Source: Chrysomallon squamiferum
Lineage: Eukaryota; Animalia; Mollusca
Reading direction: 5' to 3'
NCBI GenBank assembly: GCA_012295275.1
Contig: CM022665.1
Coordinates: 48,298,001-48,362,000, forward strand
Length of the DNA stretch: 64,000 bases
Shown here: piece by piece, positions 55,001 to 64,000 of the stretch
How the letters are laid out: each line of letters starts with the position of its first letter
Numbering within the stretch: the stretch's first letter is position 1
Made by a program: the position numbers and the translations under genes
The notes under the pieces: model-generated
Told to the model about the DNA's origin: nothing
Database searches by the model: none
The model's input: only the letters and a program-made list of their open reading frames with translations

Positions 55001-58000
55001 AATATTATCTCTAGTAATAGTTTGTACAGACACAGGCTTCATCACAGGTAATATTATCTTTAGTAATAGTTTGTACAGACACAGGCTGCATCACAGGTAA
55101 TATTATCTCTAGTAATAGTTTGTACAGACACAGGCTTCATCACAGGTAATATTATCTCTAGTAATAGTTTGTACAGACACAGGCTTCATCACAGGTAATA
55201 TTATCTTTACTAATAGTTTGTACAGTCACATGTAATATTATCTTTAGTAATAGTTTGAACAGACCCAGTCACAGGCTTCATCACAGGTAATATTATCTCT
55301 AGTAATAGTTTGTACAGACACAGGCTTCATCACAGGTAATATTATCTTTAGTAATAGTTTGAACAGACCCAGTCACAGGCTTCATCACAGGTAATATTAC
55401 CTTCAGTAATAGTTTGTACAGACACAGGTAATATTTGTTATCTCTAGTAATAGTTTGTGTAGACACAGGTAATATTTATTATCTTTAGTAATAGTCTGTA
55501 CCATTACAGACACAGGATTTATACAGTAATACTTTGTACAGACTCTGTGTATTAGATATTTCTGGAAGTAAATAAAATACTTTGTGTTTTCAGGTGTCGC
55601 TGTTTCTAAAAGACAGCTGGATCACAACACTGCGAGCCAGCATCAGAACATCGCTGAGAGACGTTGGCAAAGGCTGGTTCAACATCCACGAGACAAACTG
55701 GGAGGTGTACCAGATCTCCAAACTGAAGAAGTTCATGGAGATGGTCAAATTCATCATGCAGGTCTGTATTCATTCACAGAGATGTCAGTTAACAAACAGC
55801 TGTAATAGGAAAACTAAGATGTATTCAAACTTTTGTGTGAAAATTAAAACAAAGATTGTAATATTTTATTTCAGGATAATGCAGTAATCTAAAGATTTTA
55901 TGTTAAAACAAAGATTTCAGATGTAATATTTTATTTCTGGATGATGCAGTAGACTAAAGATTTTATGTTAAAACAAAGATTGTAATATTTTATTTCAGAA
56001 TGATGCAGTAATCTAAGAATTCTGTATGTCAATTAAAACAAAGATTTTGTAATATTTTATTTCAGGACTCATTGCGTTACCTGGTACAGGACTCTCTGGT
56101 CAACTTCACTCAGATGGTCGTTGATGCGTGTCACTCAACACTGGAGCTGGACGAGACGTTTACATGGGGCAAGGACGTCATCAACACCTCATTCAGGTAC
56201 CATACAACACCTTTCACAACATCAACACCTCATTCAGGTATTTATATACCATACAACACCTTTCAGAACATCAACACCTCATTCAGGTACCATACAACAC
56301 CTTTCACAATATCAACACCTCATTCAGGTATTTATATACCATACAACACCTTTCACAACATCAAAACCTCATTCAGGTATTTATATACCACACAACACCT
56401 TTCAGAACATCAACACCTCATTCAGGTATTTATATACCACACAACACCTTTCACAACATCAACACCTCATTCAGGTATTTATATACCACACAACACCTTT
56501 CACAACATCAACACCTCATTCAGGTATCTATATACCACACAACACCTTTCACAATATCAACACCTCATTCAGGTATTTGTATACCATACAACACCTTTCA
56601 CAACATCAACACCTCATTCAGGTATTTATATACCACACAACACCTTTCACAATATCAACACCTCATTCAGGTATTTATATACCACACAACACCTTTCACA
56701 ACATCAACACCTCATTCAGGTATTTATATACCATACAACACCTTTCACAACATCAACACCTCATTCAGGTATTTATATACCACACAACACCTTTCACAAC
56801 ATCAACACCTCATTCAGGTATTTATATACCATACAACACCTTTCAGAACATCAACACCTCATTCAGGTACCATACAACACCTTTCACAACATCAACACCT
56901 CATTCAGGTATTTATATACCATACAACACCTTTCACAACATCAACACCTCATTCAGGTATCTATACACCATACAACACCTTTCACAACATCAACACCTCA
57001 TTCAGGTACCATACAACACCTTTCACAACATCAACACCTCATTCAGGTATTTATACACCATACAACACCTTTCACAACATCAACACCTCATTCAGGTATT
57101 TATATACCATACAACACCTTTCACAACATCAACACCTCATTCAGGTATTTATATACCACACAACACCTTTCACAACATCAACACCTCATTCAGGTATTTA
57201 TATACCATACAACACCTTTCACAACATCAACACCTCATTCAGGTATCTATACACCATACAACACCTTTCACAACATCAACACCTCATTCAGGTACCATAC
57301 AACACCTTTCACAACATCAACACCTCATTCAGGTATTTATATACCATACAACACCTTTCACAACATCAACACCTCATTCAGGTATTTATATACCACACAA
57401 CACCTTTCACAACATCAACACCTCATTCAGGTATTTATATACCACACAACACCTTTCACAACATCAACACCTCATTCAGGTATTTGTACACACAACACCT
57501 TTCACAACATCAACACCTCATTCAGGTACCATACAACACCTTTCACAACATCAACACCTCATTCAGGTATTTATATACCATACAACACCTTTCACAACAT
57601 CAACACCTCATTCAGGTATTTATATACCACACAACACCTTTCACAACATCAACACCTCATTCAGGTATTTGTATACCACACAACACCTTTCACAACATCA
57701 ACACCTCATTCAGGTACCATACAACACCTTTCACAACATCAACACCTCATTCAGGTATTTATACACCATACAACACCTTTCACAACATCAACACCTCATT
57801 CAGGTATCTATATACCACACAACACCTTTCACAACATCAACACCTCATTCAGGTATTTATATACCATACAACACCTTTCACAACATCAACACCTCATTCA
57901 GGTATTTATATACCACACAACACCTTTCACAACATCAACTCCTCATTCAGGTATTTGTATACCACACAACACCTTTCACAACATCAACACCTCATTCAGG

Positions 58001-60072
58001 TATCTATACACCATACAACACCTTTCACAACATCAACACCTCATTCAGGTACCATACAACACCTTTCACAACATCAACACCTCATTCAGGTACCATACAA
58101 CACCTTTCACAACATCAACACCTCATTCAGGTATTTATATACCACACAACACCTTTCACAACATCAACACCTTTCACAACATCAACACCTCATTCAGGTA
58201 TTTATATACCATACAACACCTTTCACAACATCAACACCTCATTCAGGTACCATACAACACCTTTCACAACATCAACACCTCATTCAGGTATTTATATACC
58301 ATACAACACCTTTCACAACATCAACACCTCATTCAGGTATTTATATACCACACAACACCTTTCACAACATCAACACCTCATTCAGGTATTTATATACCAT
58401 ACAACACCTTTCACAACATCAACACCTCATTCAGGTATCTATACACCATACAACACCTTTCACAACATCAACACCTCATTCAGGTACCATACAACACCTT
58501 TCACAACATCAACACCTCATTCAGGTATTTATATACCATACAACACCTTTCACAACATCAACACCTCATTCAGGTATTTATATACCATACAACACCTTTC
58601 ACAACATCAACACCTCATTCAGGTATTTATATACCATACAACACCTTTCACAACATCAACACCTCATTCAGGTATTTATATACCACACAACACCTTTCAC
58701 AACATCAACACCTCATTCAGGTATTTGTATACAACACAACACCTTTCACAACATCAACACCTCATTCAGGTATTTATACAACACCTTTCACAACATCAAC
58801 ACCTCATTCAGATACCATACAACACCTTTCACAACATCAACACCTCATTCAGGTATTTATATACCATACAACACCTTTTACAACACCTCAACCATACAAC
58901 ACCTTTCACAACATCAACACCTCATTCAGGTATTTATACCATACAACACCTTTCACAACATCAACACCTCATTCAGGTATTTATATACCATACAACACCT
59001 TTCACAACATCAACACCTCATTCAGGGTCTCTGTCTTTGTTTCAGACCATCAAAGAAAGTTCACTGTTTCATACAACATCTCAAAAATATCAAATCATTC
59101 ATGTTCATATACCATAATGATTTCATAAATAATAATTATATATGTAACAAAACTGATTCCTGTGTTTGTTTCAGACCTAAAATGAATTCACTGTTTCTGC
59201 TGGATCTGAAAATTGATAATCATGATGTTCATTACTTTACTAACAATAAATAATAATTATATATGTAATAAACTGATTCCTGTGTTTGTTTCAGACCTAA
59301 AAAGAATGCTGTGTTTCTGCTGGATCTGATGATGGACAACCAAGGTGTACATTACTCAACCAATCTTGTCTCATTTGAAACTGTTCTCGTCTCTCTCTTC
59401 GACAGAGGCATACAGTCTACACAGAATGTGCCACAGTTAGAAAAGGTTGGTCTCCATATTTACTGAATAAATTTAGAAAAAGTTTGTACTAAATGTAGAT
59501 AACGAAAAGTGCATATGTATATATTGAAAAGTAATTACATTAAAAATATATAAAATTAGGCGATATTGAGTTTTCAAAATATTTTCTAATTGATTATCAT
59601 CCATAAAACTTAAATTTTATACAAAAGGAAAGCCAATTTTTTCTCTCTTTTTATTTTTGGACTTTTTAAAAAATTTTCTCTTGAAAAAAAAAATATATAT
59701 GAGTATATATATATATATATATATACTCATGGAGATTTTAAAAGATTTTCATTTACAGTGTGCTTAATAAAACAGTTAACTTACTTTGATCTTCTTTGAT
59801 GACAACTTGCTGTTATTTCTAGTACATTCTGGAAGACATCTTCTGGTCTGGGAACTCCTCTGCTGGAGTCTGTAGGAGAACACGAGCCTCCTGTGGAGGA
59901 GCTTCGCTCAACGGTGAGCAATGCTATCAGGAAGGCTGTGATTCCAATGAAGGCGTATGCGAGAGAGTACGAATCTTACCTGGAACTGATGAACATGGAC
60001 ATCAACCAGTACATCAAGTTAGTATACTGTATTGTCATATTGTTTATTTTATTTTATTTTATTTTATTTATT

Positions 60073-60103
<31 letters not shown>

Positions 60104-62644
60104 TTTTTTTTATTTTTTTTTTTTTTTTTTTTTTTTTTTATTGTTTATTTTATTGTTCATTTTTGTATTTTAATTTTTTTGACAAAGCTGGTTTATTTTT
60201 TTTTTAGTATATTTATTATTTTATTAAAATTGTTTATTTTATTATTTTATTGTTTATTTGTTTATTTATTTGTTTGTATTACGTTGTATAGCATAGACTT
60301 TACTTTTTGAGTGAATAAATTCAGTTTTGTTATATAAAATGTGCATTTTTTGAAGAAAAAAAAATTCATTACATTTTTGTTTCAAGGATTTTTGTAATTT
60401 AAACAACAGTAAATTAACTGCCAGTTTTACTTAACTTACTTGTTTACTTATTTACCTATTTATTTATTTATCTTTTTTCTTCTTGTGTTTTTTTTTGAGA
60501 GTAAAACTTATAAAATATATTTACTAACTGAATGATATGTTGACAGTAATAGTAAATGACATATTGATGATAGTAATAAAAAACAATCTGTTGATGATAG
60601 TACTAATAAATGATGTGTTGATGACTGTAATATTAAATGATGTGTTGATGACTATATATTAAATTATGTGTTGATGACTATAATATTAAATGATGTGTTG
60701 ATGATAGTAATATTAAATGATGTGTTGATGATATTAAATGATGTGTTGATGATATTAAATGATGTGTTGATGACTGATAGTAAATGATGTGCTGATGATA
60801 TTAAATGATGTGTTGATGATAGTAAATGATGTGTTCATGACTGATAGTAAATGATGTGCTGATGATATTAAATGATGTGTTGATGATAGTAAATGGTGTG
60901 TTGACTGATATTAAATGATGTGTTTATGATAGTAAATGATGTGTTGATGATATTAAATGATGTGTTGATTGTCAGAACATACGAGGCGGCTGATCACCCC
61001 GCAGCAGAAATAAAAGCAGAAGTTGAGATGCACCTGAAAATGAAGAACATCATCGAGCAGACAATACCCAGCAACATCATCATCGGCCCCTTCTGGGTGA
61101 ACACTGACAATGTGCGCCAGGCTCTTGCGAAGAAACGAAAAAACCTGAGCAACGCTGTCCTGGAACTTCTAGCGAGACAGCTGCGAAAACAAGCTGACGA
61201 GGTAACCGATGACTTGTAGATTTTTATTTTTATTAATTTAATTTTTATTTCTTTAATTGTTTAATTCTCATAGTTGTCAGTTTTGTTAAATTTTTTTTGT
61301 TTTAACATAATCTCGTTAGGTTCAATTTTGTTCATTTTTATTTACTTTAATCATATTTTTTTTTTCAATTTATTTCTTTAATTATCATTTTTTGATAAGT
61401 AATTCAAATAAATATTTTATTATTAAAACACAAGCCTGTGAATGACTCAAATGTTTTATTATTAAAACACAAGCCTGTGAATGACTCAAATGTTTTAATG
61501 TTAAAATTCAGGCCTGTGAAGAATTCAAATCAATCAGCCGTAAGCTGTATGAGAAACCCAACTGTGTGGAGGAGTTGTTTGACATGAGGGAATGGATGAA
61601 GGGAATTCCAGACAAACTGAAAGAGCACCAGGTAAAACTCTTCTATTCCTTGTTTTACTAACAGAACAAAATTAATATTTTAAAATAAAGATTTCAAAGA
61701 ACACCAGGTAAACTCTTCTGTTCCTGGTTTTACTAACAGAACAAAATTAATATTTTAAAATAAAGATTTCAAAGAACATCAGGTAAAACTCTTCTATTCC
61801 TTGTTTTATTAACAGAACAAAATTAATATTTTAAAATAAAGATTTCAAAGAACATCAGGTAAAACTCTTCTATTCCTTGTTTTACTAACAGAACAAAATT
61901 AATATTTTAAAATAAAGATTTCAAAGAACACCAGGTAAAACTCTTCTATTCCTTGTTTTACTAACAGAACAAAATTAATATTTTAAAATAAAGATTTCAA
62001 AGAACACCAGGTAAAACTCTTCTATTCCTTGTTTTACTAACAGAACAAAATTAATATTTTAAAATAAAGATTTCAAAGAACACCAGGTAAAACTCTTCTG
62101 TTCCTGGTTTTACTAACAGAACAAAATTAATATTGTAATATAAAGAAATGAAAGAGCACCAGGTAAAACAGTTTTATATTTGTTTTAGTAACAGAACAAG
62201 ATTAGTATTTTAATATAAAGATCTCAAAGAACACTAGGTAAAACAGTTTTATACTAGTTTTATAATAGAACATAATATTTTTATATTTACAGAACACATT
62301 GTTTTAATAGAGAAATAGAACAAATTGTCTGTATCTTTATTGCACAGAATATAGTGTTTTAATATAGAGAACTAAATATTTTCACCTTTACCTTCACATC
62401 ATACATAGGATTTGATTAATTTTTTTAAATGTTTTTTCAGGAGAAGTGGACTCAGACATACATTTTAGACACAATTAATAAATACAATCATTTGAGTTAT
62501 TATTTAAAATGTGATATGAAACAGTTGTGTTACTGTGATAAACTTGTTTTTCAGGAGAACATTGACAAAGCCATGTCTGACTACGAGTTGATTGAAGAGT
62601 TCTACTACAATCTGTCCACTGATGACTTCAATGCAAAGTAAGTA

Positions 62645-62689
<45 letters not shown>

Positions 62690-62694
62690 TTTAA

Positions 62695-62749
<55 letters not shown>

Positions 62750-64000
62750 TTTATTTATTTATTTATTTATTTATTATTATTATTATTGATATTAAAATCA
62801 TTATTATTTGGATATGCATATTATGATAGTTTATGTTATTATATAATTTATAGGAACTATTTTTAATCTCATAGGTAATATGTTAGTATTAATTGTATAT
62901 ATATATAAAATTCATAATTTATGTTAATATACTAAAGATTAAAACACTTTTTAATCTCACTATCAATCTCTATTAACTGGAGTTAGAGTTATAATACTGT
63001 ATTGACAGTCTGGTTACTTTAAATGGATAAGTACATTTCTGTTTCTGTCTCACTGTAAGCTGGTATTGTGTGTGTGTGAAGTATAAGACATCCTATCAGT
63101 GTTTCTGTCTCACTGTAAGCTGGTATTGTGTGTGTGTGAAGTATATCACATCCTATCAGTGTTTCTGTCTCACTGTAAGCTGGTACTGTGTGTGTGTGTG
63201 TGAAGTATATCACATCCTATCAGTGTTTCTGTCTCACTGTAAGCTGGTACTGTGTGTGTGTGTGTGAAGTATATCACATTCTATCAGTGTTTCTGTCTCA
63301 CTGTAAGCTGGTATTGTGTGTGTGAGAAATCCTATCAGTGTTTCTGTCTCACTGTAAGCTGGTATTGTGTTGTACAGGTGGACAGCGATTGGCTGGCCTC
63401 ACAAAATAGAACGACAGATGGAACAGACGCACGCCCAGCTGGACGAGGACGAGGAGAGGTTCAGGAAGCTGCAGCAGTCTGACCAGACTAACTTTGAAGA
63501 CAGACTCGATACCCTGAGGGTAAACAACCAGAGTTATAACAAAAAAAATAATAATAAAACTGTGTTAATATAAGAATTCATACTTTACAAATATTTTTGG
63601 GAGATTTGTAAGTAAATATGTTCTGTAAATGTATAGGTAAATATTTTCTGTAGATATATAAGTAAATATTTTTTATAGATATATAAGTAAATATGTTTTG
63701 TAGATATATAAGTAGAAACGTTTTGTGTATATATATATATAAGTAAATATTTTTGTAGATATATAAGTAGATATGTATTGTATATATGTTTTGTAGATAT
63801 ATAAGTAAATATTTTTGTAGATATATAAGTAGATATGTTTTGTGGATATATAAGTAGATATGTTTTGTAGATATATAAGTAGATATGTTTGTGGATATAT
63901 AAGTAGATATGTTTTGTGGATATATAAGTAGATATGTTTTTAGATGGTTGTGGCTGGTATGGCTGCCCACGGAGAGAAGTCAAAGGCTCACGAGATCGCC
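48210..64000 (+). CDS. DNAH1: Dynein axonemal heavy chain 1, 5' part (18 exons; gene continues beyond window)
   Basis: DFP..A.EPKVQ...PG..PRKIEIERR, YLPLAIFDNEEYDCRTPEEW, KPVPG.ALLP, WIPRIRLMFWGEDP, LEEFEQTQSQ, LFLKDSWI, YEKPNCVEEL and KAHEIA match the DNAH1 N-terminal region; splice phases are consistent apart from two 1-nt indels. Confidence 0.93.
49277..49349 (+). CDS. DNAH1: DNAH1 exon (EAVCGPDTIQDTLWTVAKEKHTPR)
   Basis: AG/GT, phase-consistent. Confidence 0.75.
50009..50094 (+). CDS. DNAH1: DNAH1 exon (VTTFSVEQDF...GPSTERTDIT)
   Basis: AG/GT, phase-consistent. Confidence 0.78.
50625..50713 (+). CDS. DNAH1: DNAH1 exon (DFPHKASEPKVQ...PRKIEIER)
   Basis: conserved motif; AG/GT. Confidence 0.9.
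51180..51468 (+). CDS. DNAH1: DNAH1 exon (RRRHFASL...FDNEEYDCRTPEEW...KPVPGTALLP) with one base missing near 51428
   Basis: conserved motif; exon 1 nt short for its phases. Confidence 0.88.
52086..52244 (+). CDS. DNAH1: DNAH1 exon (DPTDMSIIYDWFDVGVLDYD...)
   Basis: AG/GTGAGT; conserved VGVLDYD. Confidence 0.9.
52917..53169 (+). CDS. DNAH1: DNAH1 exon (QFWIPRIRLMFWGEDP...YIDCMP)
   Basis: AG/GTGAGT; conserved motif. Confidence 0.92.
53825..53982 (+). CDS. DNAH1: DNAH1 exon (LEKEVNIDFCRSMNRIIFE)
   Basis: AG/GT; conserved motif. Confidence 0.9.
54522..54736 (+). CDS. DNAH1: DNAH1 exon (VPEYPFDEQ...SLLTREE...LEEFEQTQSQ)
   Basis: AG/GT; conserved motif. Confidence 0.92.
54716..55495 (+). repeat. 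~49-bp array duplicating a DNAH1 exon end plus donor (cacaggcttcatcacag|gtaatattatctctagtaatagtttgtacaga)
   Basis: more than 12 copies starting at junction 54736/54737. Confidence 0.92.
55594..55761 (+). CDS. DNAH1: DNAH1 exon (VSLFLKDSWI...GKGWFNIHETNWEVY)
   Basis: AG/GT; conserved motif. Confidence 0.93.
56066..56196 (+). CDS. DNAH1: DNAH1 exon (DSLRYLVQDSL...WGKDVINTSFR)
   Basis: AG/GT; conserved motif. Confidence 0.9.
56178..59026 (+). repeat. 41/49-bp array duplicating a DNAH1 exon end plus donor (catcaacacctcattcag|gta...)
   Basis: ~60 copies over 2.8 kb starting at junction 56196/56197. Confidence 0.97.
59295..59445 (+). CDS. DNAH1: DNAH1 exon (RPKKNAVFLLDL...GVHYST...VPQLEK)
   Basis: AG/GT; conserved motif. 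Confidence 0.9.
59823..60017 (+). CDS. DNAH1: DNAH1 exon (YILEDIFWSGTPLLESVGEHEPPVEELR...) with one extra G near 59851
   Basis: PLLESVG.HEP motif is restored by removing one G. Confidence 0.88.
60530..60970 (+). repeat. ~21-bp array (aaatgatgtgttgatgatatt) running into the DNAH1 acceptor at 60975
   Basis: ~18 copies. Confidence 0.88.
60976..61201 (+). CDS. DNAH1: DNAH1 exon (IPSNIIIGPFWVNTDNVRQALAKKRK)
   Basis: AG/GT; conserved motif. Confidence 0.92.
61512..61631 (+). CDS. DNAH1: DNAH1 exon (ACEEFKSISRKLYEKPNCVEEL)
   Basis: AG/GT; conserved motif. Confidence 0.92.
61619..62270 (+). repeat. 76-bp array duplicating a DNAH1 exon end plus donor (aaagaacaccag|gtaaaactc...)
   Basis: donor copies at 61632, 61708, 61783, 61859, 61935, 62011, 62087, 62163, 62238. 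Confidence 0.93.
62555..62637 (+). CDS. DNAH1: DNAH1 exon (ENIDKAMSDYELIEEFYYNLSTDDFNAK)
   Basis: AG/GTAAGT; conserved motif. Confidence 0.9.
63040..63375 (+). repeat. ~60-bp array (tcctatcagtgtttctgtctcactgtaagctggta...) running into the DNAH1 acceptor at 63377
   Basis: 6 copies. Confidence 0.9.
63378..63519 (+). CDS. DNAH1: DNAH1 exon (WTAIGWPHKI...DEERFRKLQ)
   Basis: AG/GT; conserved motif. Confidence 0.9.
63590..63943 (+). repeat. ~24-bp array (tagatatataagtagatatgttttg) ending as the DNAH1 acceptor tttag|atg
   Basis: ~14 copies. Confidence 0.88.
63944..64000 (+). CDS. DNAH1: DNAH1 exon, truncated by window (MVVAGMAAHGEKSKAHEIA)
   Basis: ttttag acceptor; AHEIA motif. Confidence 0.85.
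   Translation, partial: MVVAGMAAHGEKSKAHEIA

Noticed and set aside
56178-59026. CRISPR-like appearance of regular repeats (also 37785-38320 and 61619-62270)
   Set aside because: No unique spacers, no cas genes, eukaryotic intron context
56072-59253. Three ~1000-aa ORFs in all plus frames
   Set aside because: Read-through of a stop-free intronic minisatellite; only 56066-56196 is a real DNAH1 exon

Overview
AT-rich, microsatellite-dense animal DNA, probably a lophotrochozoan such as a mollusc (inferred from style, not proven). Five protein-coding genes are supported. (1) The first coding exon of a PDE3-family phosphodiesterase (-, 11410-12285), whose long intron runs off the left end. (2) An intronless type-II-membrane glycosyltransferase-like gene (+, 19131-20088, one 1-nt frameshift). 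(3) A complete CYB5R4/NCB5OR gene (-, 13 coding exons, 26903-40247, with one GC-AG intron). (4) An intronless, helicase-less Werner-type exonuclease with an N-terminal Ku-binding motif (+, 44934-45893), head-to-head with CYB5R4. (5) The 5' part of axonemal dynein DNAH1 (+, 18 exons from 48210, running off the right end). The most striking unexplained pattern is that many introns of CYB5R4 and DNAH1 carry tandem repeats whose unit is a copy of the exon/intron junction itself. These form arrays of up to about 60 duplicate donor sites or several duplicate acceptors, and some would give in-frame insertions if used. CYB5R4 also has a GCCACC-CTG-G start that would encode a (M)GCGKSK myristoylation/palmitoylation extension. 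Four single-base indels in three genes look like long-read assembly errors. All homology calls are from recalled protein motifs; no database searches were run.
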